Source: Potamilus streckersoni (taxonomy: Eukaryota). Taken from it: a stretch of DNA of 64,000 bases. The DNA lies in contig JAEAOA010001935.1 of NCBI GenBank assembly GCA_016746295.1, forward strand, positions 2,738,024 to 2,802,023, given 5' to 3'. A program made the position numbers and the translations under genes. A model generated the notes under the pieces. That model ran no database searches and was not told where the DNA came from. It worked only from the letters and a program-made list of their open reading frames with translations. Shown in pieces: positions 28,016 through 39,430 of this stretch (position 1 is its first letter; each line of letters starts with the position of its first letter).

Positions 28016-28329
28016 AATGGGTCAGCCTATCAGCAATTGGGAATCATAGTCTTGTACATTTAGATTCTAGCCCAGGAGTACCCCCAAAAGAGAGCAAATA
28101 TTTAAAATGTTTTAATTAAGTTCTTTAGTTAAGATCTAGTTGTTGTAGAATATTGGTAAAAATAAATACTGGCTTGTTGAGATAAGAGAGAGAGAGAGAG
28201 TGAGAGAGAGGGAATGAATGCATATACTTTTGTATCTTACGTTTTCTTATGATGTATGTATTAAATCTTTCCTCATACGATTCAGTATTTTTAGTTGTGC
28301 ATAAATTGCAGCATTACATTAAGGTCTCT

Positions 28330-29560
28330 CAAACCAGTTGTATCAGCTTCATTGGAAATATGACATATAATTAACACAATGGAAATGTGATATACACTTA
28401 ACACAATAGAAATGTGATATACAATTAACACAATGGAAATGTGACATACAATCAACACAATGGAAATGTGATATACAATCAACACAATGGAAATGTGATA
28501 TACAATTAACACAATGGAAATGTGATATACAATTAACACAATAGAAATGTGATATATAATCAACACAATGGAAATGTGATATACAATCAATTAATGGAAA
28601 TGTGATATAAAATCAACACAATGGAAATGTGATATATAATCAACACAATGGAAATGTGATATATAATCAACACAATGGAAATGTGATATACAATCATCAC
28701 AATGGAAATGTGATATACAATCAATACAATGGAAATGTGATATAAAATCAACACAGTGGAAATGTGATATATAATCAACACAGTGGAAATGTGATATACA
28801 ATCAACACAATGGAAATGTGGTATAAAATCAACACTATGGAAATGTGCTATAAAATTAACTCAATGGAAATGTGATATACAATCAACACAATGGAAATGT
28901 GATATACAATCAACACAATGGAAATGTGATATACAATCAACACAATGGAAATGTGATATACAATCAATACAATGGAAATGTGATATAAAATCAACACAGT
29001 GGAAATGTGATATATAATCAACACAGTGGAAATGTGATATACAATCAACACAATGGAAATGTGGTATAAAATCAACACTATGGAAATGTGCTATAAAATT
29101 AACTCAATGGAAATGTGATATACAATCAACACAATGGAAATGTGATATACAATCAACACAATGGAAATGTGATATACAATCAACACAATGGAAATGTGAT
29201 ATACAATCATTACAATGGAAATGTGATATAAAATCAACACAGTGGAAATGTGATATATAATCAACACAGTGGAAATGTGATATACAATCAACACATAGGA
29301 AATGTGGTATAAAATTAACTCAATGGAAATGTGATATACAATCAACACAATGGAAATGTGATATATAATCAACACAATAGAAATGTGATATATAATCAAC
29401 ACAATGGAAATGTGATATATAATCAACACAATGGAAATGTGATATACAATCAACACAATGGAAATGTGATATATAGTCAACACAATGGGAATGTGATATA
29501 CAATCAACACAATGGAAATGTGATATATAATCAATACAATGAGTTTCTGGCTATTCATAT
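28330..29560. repeat. Minisatellite with a 27-bp unit (atcaacacaatggaaatgtgatataca), about 45 copies
   Basis: Period 27 bp. The minus-strand ORFs (YHISIVLIV)n at 28291-29558 are repeat artifacts. Confidence 0.95.
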
Positions 29561-29589
29561 ATCATAAACTGCAAGAGAATACCATTGTA

Positions 29590-30000
29590 TCAGAATAGTC
29601 TGCTTGGAAAATAATGCAAATCTTATGTACAGTAGATTCATTGCAGTTATCTCCTTAGAAAACATCTCAGATCTTATGCACAGTAGATTCAGGTCAGTTA
29701 TCTCCTTAGAAAATATCTCAGATCTTATGCACAGTAGATTCAGGTCAGTTATCTCCTTAGAAAACATCTCAGATCTTATGTACAGTAGATTCAGGTCAGT
29801 TATCTCCTTAGAAAACAAACATCTCAGATCTTATGTACAGTAGATTCAGGTCAGTTATCTTCTTAGAAAACATCTCAGATCTTATGCACAGTAGATTCAG
29901 GTCAGTTATCTCCTTAGAAAACATCTCAGATCTTATGCACAGTAGATTCAGGTCAGTTATCTCCTTAGAAAATATCTCAGATCTTGTGTACAGTAGATTC
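29590..30000. repeat. Minisatellite with a 51-bp unit (atctcagatcttatgcacagtagattcaggtcagttatctccttagaaaac), about 8 copies
   Basis: Period 51 bp. It runs in frame into the real exon at 30070, which explains ORF 29833..30366. Confidence 0.9.
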
Positions 30001-30069
30001 ATTTTAATTAAGTACTTTGAAATTATCTCAGATCTGTTGTACAGTTGTAATTCTTTTTATTGTTTACAG

Positions 30070-30257
30070 TGCCTGAGTGCCATCTATGGGTCAAGTGATT
30101 TCTTTACTCCCTTAAGGTCATTTCATCTGCTTTGCCCAGCAGAAAGCCATCAGAATATCTTCCTCATATCGGATGGTCATGTGACCCAGGATAGCTTCAT
30201 CTTGAACTCTATCAAGAGGGCTGCCAGACGAAGCAGACTGTTTACATTGGGAGTAGG
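30070..30257 (+). CDS. PARP4: PARP4 window-exon 12, vWA domain: CLSAIYGSSDFFTPLRSFHLLCPAESHQNIFLISDGHVTQDSFILNSIKRAARRSRLFTLGV(+gg)
   Basis: Acceptor tgtttacag|tgc and donor gg|gtcagt. Aligns to human MGNTDFWKTLRYLSLL...NILLVSDGHLQDESLTLQLVKRSRPHTRLFACGIG. Confidence 0.85.
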
Positions 30258-30559
30258 GTCAGTAGTTTGGTCAGTTTTTCAATGCTGCCATATTAAACAT
30301 AGCTCTCCATGGATGTGTCAATGTTTCCATCTCTCAGTATTGAACAGCTTAATGGACTTTTGTTGAGATGGTTTGATTTATGACCACTCATGCTTTCATT
30401 GCAAAGAATCTATCCTTAGATGTGGAAATTTGATTTGGAGACTTCTTTATGTAGGATCATTGAAAACTATTTGACACACATATATATAATTTAAAAATGT
30501 TGTATTGACTGCATTAGACTGTTGGTAAAATAGAAACATGACTGAAGTTTTCATTTTAG

Positions 30560-31960
30560 CCACACTTACATACTTAAATATCTTGTATATGTAGACATAG
30601 ATCATGAATAGGTATGTAGATATTGTGTATATGTAGGTATAGGTATATAGACACAGATGATGTATACATAAGCATAGGTATGTAGACTTAAATTATTTGT
30701 AGATAGGCATAGGTATGTAGACATATCATGCATATGTTAACATAGATGATAAATGTCATCCATATGTAAATATCGGTCATGCATATGTAGGCATAGAGGG
30801 TATGTAGATATAAATCATGTATATGTAAGTATAAACATATACACATAGATTATGCATATGTAGACACAGCTCCTGCATATGCATGCATAGGTGTGTACAT
30901 AGATTATGCATATGTAGGCATATATATGTAGTCATAAATTATGAATAGGAATGCATAGGAATGTAGATATAAATCATGCATATGTATGATGACAGATCAT
31001 GCAGATACAGACACAGATCATGCACTTGTAGACACAGCTTTATCAGTATATATCTCAACCTTATTGGTGGGTCACCTATTGCCATGCATAACAGCTTAAG
31101 CAGTTACATAAGCAATGGGACTTAGATAATGCAGATGTAGACAGATCATTAGACATAGATCATGCACATGTAGACATAGACATAGATCATGCAGATGTAG
31201 ACAGGTCATGCAGATGTAGACATAGATCATGCAGATGTAGACAGATCATTAAGATGTAGACATAGATAATGCAGATGTAGACATAGATCATGCAGATGTA
31301 GACAGATCATTAAGATGTAGACATAGATAATGCAGATGTAGACATAGATCATATATATGTAGACATAGATCATGCAGATGTAGACAGATCATTGGACATA
31401 GATCATGCAGATGTAGACAGGTCATGCAGATGTAGACATAGATCATGCAGAGGTAGACAGATCATTAAGATGTAGACATTGATCATATATATGTAGACAT
31501 AGATCATGCAGATGTAGACATAGATCATGCAGATATAGATATAGATCATTAGACATAGATCATGCAGATGTAGACCGGTCATGCAGATGTAGACATAGAT
31601 CATTAGACATAGAGTATGCAGATGTAGACAGATCATGCAGATGTAGACAGATCATGCAGATGTAGACAGATCATGCAGATATAGACAGATGATTAAGATG
31701 TAGACATAGATCATTAGACATTGATTATTTTGATGTAGACATAGATCATAAATATGTAGACATAGATCATAAAGATGTAGACAGATCATTAAGATGTAGA
31801 CATATCATTAGACATAGATCATAAAGATTTAGACATAGATCATTAGACATAAATCATGAAGATGTTGACAGATCATAAAGATATAGACATAGATCATAAA
31901 GATGTAGACATAGATCATTAAGATGTAGACATAGATCATAAAGATATAGACAGTTTAAAG
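30560..31960. repeat. Minisatellite with a 21-bp unit (gatcatgcagatgtagacata), more than 45 copies, with a degenerate 5' part at 30560-31000
   Basis: Period 21 bp. The minus-strand ORFs (MIYVYIC)n are artifacts. Confidence 0.9.
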
Positions 31961-32029
31961 ATATGCTATTTTTATGATGGAGACTTCTCATATAAATAAA
32001 CATTTGCAAGAATTTATTTCTTCCTGCAG

Positions 32030-32129
32030 CCCAACAGCCAATCACCACCAGATGAGATGTATTGCCAGCCTAGGAGGGGGAACATATGAGTACTATAATG
32101 CCAACACCAAATCAGCTTGGCAAAGGAAG
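32030..32129 (+). CDS. PARP4: PARP4 window-exon 13, vWA domain: (G)PTANHHQMRCIASLGGGTYEYYNANTKSAWQRK
   Basis: Acceptor cctgcag|ccc and donor aag|gtgaga. Aligns to human STANRHVLRILSQCGAGVFEYFNAKSKHSWRKQ. Confidence 0.85.
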
Positions 32130-33660
32130 GTGAGAGATATGAGTATTATAATGCCAACACCAAGTCAGCTTGGCAAAGGAAGGTGAGAGATATGAATACT
32201 ATAATGCCAACACCAAGTCAGCTTGGCAAAAGAAGGTGAGAGATATGAGTACTATAATGCCAACACCAAATCAGCTTGGCGAAGGAAGGTGAGAGACAGA
32301 AAGGAGTATTATAATGCCAACACCAAATCAGCTTGGCAAAGGAAGGTGAGAGATATGAGTACTATAATGCCAACACCAAGTCAGCTTGGCAAAGGAAGGT
32401 GAGAGATATGAGTACTATAATGCCAACACCAAATCAGCTTGGCGAAGGAAGGTGAGAGACAGAAAGGAGTATTATAATGCCAACACCAAATCAGCTTGGC
32501 AAAGGAAGGTGAGAGATATGAGTATTAAAATGCCAACACCAAGTCAGCTTGGCAAAGGAAGGTGAGAGATATGAGTACTATAATGCCAACACCAAGTCAG
32601 CTTGGCAAAGGAAGGTGAGAGATATGAGTATTATAATGCCAACACCAAATCAGCTTGGCAAAGGAAGGTAAGAGATATGAGTATTATAATGCCAACACCA
32701 AGTCAGCTTTGCAAAGGAAGGTGAGAGATATGAGTACTATAATGCCAACACCAAGTCAGCTTGGCAAAGGAAGGTGAGAGATATGAGTACTATAATGCCA
32801 ACACCAAGTCAGCTTGGCAAAGGAAGGTGAGAGACAGAAAGGAGTACTATAATGCCAACACCAAATCAGCTTGGCAAAGGAAGGTGAGAGATATGAGTAT
32901 TATAATGCCAACACCAAATCAGCTTGGCAAAGGAAGGTGAGAGACTGATATGAGTACTATAATGCCAACACCAAATCAGCTTGGCAAAGGAAGGTGAGAG
33001 ACTGATATGAGTACTATAATGCCAACACCAAATCAGCTTGGCAAAGGAAGGTGAGAGATATGAGTATTATAATGCCAGCACCAAGTCAGCTTGGCAAAGG
33101 AAGGTGAGAGATATGAGTACTATAATGCCAACACCAAGTCAGCTTGGCAAAGGAAGGTGAGAGACAGAAAGGAGTACTATAATGCCAACACCAAATCAGC
33201 TTGGCAAAGGAAGGTGAGAGATATGAGTATTATAATGCCAACACCAAATCAGCTTGGCAAAGGAAGGTGAGAGACTGATATGAGTACTATAATGCCAACA
33301 CCAAATCAGCTTGGCAAAGGAAGGTGAGAGACTGATATGAGTACTATAATGCCAACACCAAATCAGCTTGGCAAAGGAAGGTGAGAGATATGAGTATTAT
33401 AATGCCAGCACCAAGTCAGCTTGGCAAAGGAAGGTGAGAGACAGAAAGGAGTATTATAATGCAAACACCAAATCAGCTTGGCAAAGGAAGGTGAGAGACA
33501 GAAAGGAGTATTATAATGCCAACACCAAATCAGCTTGGCAAAGGAAGGTGAGAGACAGAAAGGAGTACTATAATGCCAACACCAAATCAGCTTGGCAAAA
33601 GAAAGGTGAGAGACAGAAAGGAGTATTATAATGCCAACGCCAAGTCAGCTAGGCAAACAA
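32085..33660 (+). repeat. Minisatellite derived from an exon-intron junction. The unit is the last 42 nt of exon 13 plus the first 11-15 nt of the intron (gagtactataatgccaacaccaaatcagcttggcaaaggaag|gtgagagatat). It occurs as 53-nt and 57-nt variants, about 27 copies, and each copy carries an aag|gtgaga donor
   Basis: Direct comparison of the unit with the exon 13 3' end and donor. ORF 33368..33631 shows the 57-nt variant reads through in frame. Confidence 0.9.
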
Positions 33661-34949
33661 AAACATTTGGTTATTATAACACCAGCACAAATCAGTTTGG
33701 CAAATAAATGTGAGGGAGTGTATGAATATTATATTATATATGATCTTTTCCCATGACATCCAGTACTGGACTGGAGTACCAGATGCCACATGACTGAAAG
33801 CACCTAACCCTCAGCCATTATAGTTCTAGTGCTAGTTTTAACCTGGAAACCTAACATCTTAAGCATGTCCAGCACCTTAATCAGAGATTTATCTCATCCT
33901 ATCCTTACTGAAAGCATAGTAGTCCAGTACCAGGCAGATCCTTCACTGGTTTTGGCTCCATCTTGACCCATTACTGTCTACCATGACACACTTATCCTGG
34001 ATTCCCATTACCAGCCCTAAATCAATGGATATACACAATGAACACGTGGCAATAACTATATCCCAACATGAACAGATTCCCAGCATTTGTTGTCCGACTC
34101 ACACAGCTTGTTTGGCTAGATCTGTAACTGCTGTCCTCACAGGAGGCTTTTCTGTTACAATTTTCAAAGATTCATGGTCATGAGTTCTATCTTCCTTTTT
34201 CAACCTGATGATGTTGAGAGATGTTTAAGCATTGATTAGTGAGGTATCCTGCTCAATCTGCCTCTTATCTGTTCCTGTATTCATTGATTGTTTAGTCAAG
34301 AGAGCTCAGCTGTTACTCAAGCAACTATCATAGTTTTGTTGGTGACTTCATTGCTTTTGAAATGTCATTTCAAGACCCAGGTGTTAACAGCCTTGGTGTT
34401 TTTCATCAGCAGTGGCCAGTTTCAATCTAATTTGCTTAGCTGCTGCTGTCAGTGGAAATGTGGTTGTTTGTCATCCTTCATACATCTGTATGGAAGGAAG
34501 TCCTTCATTGACACATCAGCTGCTTCAAATTATTATAGCATTAGGACCCACACTCAGCTTGGTTTCCATGTTGTTGTTTTTTTTCCAGCAATCTGAGCAA
34601 GCATAAATAAATGTTTTTGAGAAACAAGTCATGCTGCAGAGTCCAACCTGCATATGGCTCCTGCAGTAACAGACTAACTCAACTCTTGCTTCCCTATTAC
34701 CGTTGCTGTTAATCTTCATCTGGCAGAGGAGATGCAGTTCTTTTCATACTCATTATCTGGGCAATTATTGCAGGGCCATTGCTAGATTGCAACAGGCCAC
34801 TGTAGAGAACAGAACGTCAAGGACCCAGTGACTCAGAGCCATGCCCTCTTTCCCTTTCTCTTAATGCTGTCAGCAATTATGCAGTGATTCCTTTCTAATA
34901 TTCCAGTGGGAGAAATTCAGCATGGCAATATCCCTCAGATCAATGGAAG

Positions 34950-35480
34950 ATAAGGCGTTATTTTTGGAGGCCATTACCCTACCATATGACATTAGTGATC
35001 ATTACAGCCCAACACAGCTGTACAATACAGGTTTTTTTTGGAGGCCATGTCCCTACCATATAACATTAGTGATCATTACAGCCCAACAATGCTGTACAAT
35101 ACATACTTATTTTTGGATGCCATGCCCGTACCATATAACATTAGTGATCATTACAGCCCAACTTAGCTGTACAATGCAGGGTTATTTTTGGAGGCCATGC
35201 CCCTACCATATAACATTAGCGATCATTACAGCCCAACAGAGCTGTACAATACAGGGTTATTTTTGGAGGCAATGCCCCTACCATATAACATTAGCGATCA
35301 TTACAGCCCAGCAGAGCTGTACAATACAGGGTTATTTCTGGAGGCCATGTCCCTACCATATAATATTAGAGATCATTACAGCCCAACAGAGCTGTACAGT
35401 ACATAGTTATTTTTGGAGGCCATGCCCCTACCATATAACATTAGCGATCATTACAGCCCAACAGCTGTACAATCATATCC
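34950..35480. repeat. Minisatellite with a 75-bp unit (ggaggccatgcccctaccatataacattagcgatcattacagcccaacagagctgtacaatacagggttatttttg), about 7 copies
   Basis: Period 75 bp. ORF 34922..35509 (195 aa) is an artifact. Confidence 0.9.
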
Positions 35481-37094
35481 TGCAGCTAGAACTAGCATAC
35501 TCCTTATAGAAGTTGTTGAAATAAACTCAAGCAGGAATTTACTCCAGACTCTTCTTGACTGATGGCATACTTTGACTGGTCGTAGATTTTATCTTTCTCA
35601 AGCTTTTTAATTCAGATACCTTGGTTTGGAATGGAAATATTAAGACTGGTTCTCTGTGCAGATCAGGAGGGAAATTTGTTTGGCATTCAGAGATACAGTA
35701 TACCAGCTCATGGCACTCCTGTTTGGTCTGAGTATCAGTCACTGGGTCTTTTCAAGAATTGTGGACAGCCACATTATTATGTTTGACCTCCAACTGCCAG
35801 AACAGCATTCTGCACAAGTGTTGGGTGGGTTATATACTAGATCAGGACCTGAAATTCCATTTTTCTGCTCTGCCATGAATTCCTTGTCAACAAGAGCAAA
35901 TCCATTATCTTACCATCTCAATATTTTGCCAACTGAGTACAGAGTTCAGAATCCATATGAACAGAATCTGTTTCCCTCAAGAACAATCCTTAAGATCATC
36001 CTTACAGTCTTCTGTCAAACAATCACATATTGTCTGATGAATTTCTTTGTGTTTTAAATGTCCTTGGTCCAGTAGCATATTTCATCTTCATTTGCTGTCT
36101 ATTTATGAGGCTATTGAAGATGATTCTCTATGGTGACTGTAGCTTTGTCGATTGGGTCCAGTGAACTCAATTTCAGAATACATGAAGTCCCTCAAGAAAT
36201 TAGAGAACTTGGCCTGGTTTACAGTGGGTATTTCCATGCAGATTCAGCATCAAGGATTATGATCAGCTAGGGTGTCTGCCTCCTGCCTTCATTTTAGAAA
36301 CATAGCTGGGAGTGGTCCTTTCACTCACATCACTTCTAGCTTTAAGTTAGTGAGCTGACAACATTTAGGACTTGTTGCAAAAAATGAGCTTGTGAGAGCT
36401 GGATTAAATGCATTATGAAAGGTAATTGTCTGAGTAGTATGTTTTATCCTAAGCCTTCAGACTGCTTTTATCATGCTTTTTTTGTTAGCTATCAAATAAA
36501 TCATATTCTCACATAAAGATTGTTGTGGAAATCGACTGTATCCTTTTATTATGTCTTGAAAACTTGCAAACTTAAACTTGCTCATAAGGTTTATGAATTC
36601 TATGTATATCGTTTTGATCCAAATCATATCCATGCACTTCAACTATTTTAAGCCAAGATAAATAAAACCCACATATTCAAATACCATTATGCCAAAGTAA
36701 ATATGTATCCTTCAGTAGTTGGGATAAAAACTGGTGTGATATTTAAGGTCATTGTCAATGAAAATTACTAAAATTACATTTCCCTCAATTGTTTTTTTTT
36801 TTATTGAAGGACAGTCAGAGGGAAAAAGAAAAATGGCAAAAACTTTATTTCAAGGGATGTTAGATTGTTTCAGAATGAAAACCAGTCAGATCTACTTGTT
36901 AATGGTCACCAACATTAAACAATTATCTGTCTTAAACAACTGTCTTTTCAAAAAGTCCAATCAATCAGATAACTTCGGATAGCTCCATGAAATTAAATAA
37001 CTACCCATCTTATGGGACCATATTTCTTACATTCCACTGGTAATTCCTCAATATGGGTCTTTCTGTATCAAATTTACCTTTGCTCTAATTGCAG

Positions 37095-37265
37095 GTAACA
37101 TCTCAGCTGGAGCAGGCATCCCAACCTAGGTTGATGGATGTCAGTGTCGATTGGATACAAGGAAATGATAAGGCTTCAAATCCGCTTCAGGCCCCTAGCA
37201 GTATTCCTAGTATCTTCAGTGGCTCTAGACAGGTTGTTTATGGCTTTGTCCCAAACTGTATGCAG
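37095..37265 (+). CDS. PARP4: PARP4 window-exon 14: VTSQLEQASQPRLMDVSVDWIQGNDKASNPLQAPSSIPSIFSGSRQVVYGFVPNCMQ
   Basis: Acceptor taattgcag|gta and donor atgcag|gtaaga. Aligns to human IEDQMTRLCSPSCHSVSVKWQQLNPDVPEALQAPAQVPSLFLNDRLLVYGFIPHCTQ. Confidence 0.9.
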
Positions 37266-37458
37266 GTAAGAAATGCAGGGTCAAAGAAAATAATAATCTC
37301 CTTTCTCAAATGGAACGTGATACTATACTGGAGTATTTTTTCTATCTAATAAGATTTTTTCTTAAGTCTGTGTGTCTATCATTTATATTGTAAAATTGGG
37401 GGCCTCGTTACAGTCACACTGTTCCAGAGTCACAGTGCTACTTTCACTTCGTTTGGGC

Positions 37459-37865
37459 CATTGCCAAGTTTTCATTCATTCAAAACTTTGCTTTTGAACC
37501 CCAATTTGTGTCAGTGCTTAAATGTAAACGACTATTATGCCCATATACTTCTTACCAGCTTCCTACGGTGCATGTATGGAGTATCGGCTGATGTTTGTTA
37601 TCATAGCATCCTCAGGATCGGACTTGTCGAGTTTGGGTTATCATTGTCCCTATATACCTCGTGTCAGCCCCATGCCGCTCAACATACAAGTATTGGACAC
37701 TTCACAACCCCACAAACTCCAACATGTATCTTTTCCTGAGGTATCCTTTAGAACAATTCAGAGCTGGGCTGGGGCAGTGTGCTGTGACAGGATTTGCCCC
37801 CATTATGCCAAAAGAATTATGTTATATATACAATAAAGTGTCTATTGAACAGGTGTATTGTGTGT
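37459..37865 (+). repeat. Dispersed repeat copy B, about 405 bp, same family and orientation as 8889-9295
   Basis: About 90% identity to copy A. Confidence 0.8.
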
Positions 37866-38401
37866 TATTTGAATAAGTTTGTTGTGCTTTTTAGCTGTCA
37901 TTTATATACCTGCTATCCATTCTTAAACTCAAATTTGATTTCATATTTTCATATGCTATCCACAACCCGGATTTTATCATGCTATATGTTGTTCATCTTC
38001 TGTCAGTCTTTTAGTTTTGTATCAGTTTTGTTTCCACACAATAGTTGGACTTGTGCACCATCTATTGTTACCAAACTCTATGGAAGGCATTCAGTTGGGG
38101 CAAGGAAGAACACCATCAATTAGTCTAGTTCCCTGCTTCGTATGCTCGCTGCGTTGCACTCCGCTGTACAGAGTCAGATGAACACCAATGCCATATTGTT
38201 ACGTGATCTAAACAAATGGCCTCACATGTAGAGATCTAGTTAATGTAACCATGTCACATTTATTTCTTTTCTATTCTGTTTGTCAGTGACACAGTGACCA
38301 AATATCATCACATTCACCCTCTCATGGAATAGGACTGCTATTTTGATCCTAATATTTGACAAAGTCTGAAGTGTCATGTACAATGAGATATCAATATCAG
38401 T

Positions 38402-38536
38402 GTAAAATTGATCAAGGAATTTATTGCAACTAGAATATTTTAAATGATGTGTGAAGTGTGAATTATTTGCAAAACAATTGTTACCCTCATTCCCTTATAA
38501 AAGAGGTGATAATTTTGTCTAGATCGTTGGCTATAT
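38402..38536 (+). repeat. About 140-bp dispersed repeat, copy 2 (see 27878-28015)
   Basis: About 92% identity to copy 1. Confidence 0.8.
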
Positions 38537-38949
38537 TTAGGCTGTCATAATCACCTCATTTCAATTTCAGTGTGACATTTATCAAGCAATCAAATGGAGA
38601 AGAAATTTTTTGGATGATGCTGTGTAAAATGTGCAATATAAACAAAATATTGTTGTGTATACTATTTTCATTCATCTTCGCCTGCTAATAAAAATATTTG
38701 TAAAAATAATTATGTGACCGAATTGGTGGTTAAGTTCAACACAAGATAAATACTATAATTCAAATGGAACATATTAGTAAAGTTTACATTGTGTCACAAA
38801 CAAACAGAATATTAAAGGAATAAGTGTGATGTTGTTAGATTAACAAGATATCTCCATATGATGCCATTTGTTTTGATCATGGGACAATATGGTGTCAGCA
38901 TTGGTGGGAGGGAGGGAGCGCATGAAGCAGGAAAACCAGACTATCCTCT

Positions 38950-39430
38950 AAATTTTGGGGTCTAAAGGTCAATGGGTAGTGTCACTGTGACTGAAAGAAG
39001 AAATGATTTCACAGTGTCTTGAGTTCTGTCAAAAACATTTTGGTAGACTTGCTCTTTGGATAAGGTAGAAACCCATCAGTTTTGTGGTCAAAACACTAAA
39101 TGTCACTATGACGGAAAGAAGAACAATGGTTTTCACACACTAAAATTAGTTCCCTATTTTAGATATTGACCCAGTTTTATGGCTGTAATGTGCATGGGAT
39201 AATGAAGAAAAATATTGTTTTTAGGGTAAAAATATCAATGTCAAGGTCACATTGACTCAAAGAGGAAAAATGGTTCCCACAAAATAACATTAGTTCTGAC
39301 TAGACTTTGTGATTGGCTTAGCTTGGAATAAGGAAGAAGCCTAATATTTTGTGGCCAGAAGGTCAGAGGTCAAGATTACTGTCCCAGAAAGAAGAAAAGT
39401 GGTTTTGTGACATAAATTTAAGTTAGCTAC
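38950..39430. repeat. Degenerate tandem repeat, about 135 bp, about 4 copies (ggtcaa..gtcactgtgactgaaagaagaa.tggttt.cac...attagttc)
   Basis: Four diverged copies sharing the motif order ggtcaa / gtcac / gaaagaag / tggtt / ttagtt. Confidence 0.6.

Noticed and set aside
28291-29558. Minus-strand ORFs of 82-155 aa encoding (YHISIVLIV)n
   Set aside because: Periodic translation of the 27-bp minisatellite. There is no start or stop context, it is intronic, and the peptide is of low complexity.
29833-30366. 177-aa + strand ORF
   Set aside because: Only the 3' part (30070-30257) is a real exon with a proper acceptor at 30069. The 5' two thirds is the 51-bp minisatellite, which happens to be in frame. 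It is not treated as one CDS.
34922-35509. 195-aa + strand ORF and overlapping 72-aa ORF
   Set aside because: Translation of the 75-bp minisatellite. There are no splice signals and no homology.
37089-37349. ORF-track start at 37089 as a translation start
   Set aside because: This is an internal exon beginning at 37095 after an AG acceptor. It continues exon 13 in phase, and the real donor is at 37265, with the downstream ORF extension being intron.
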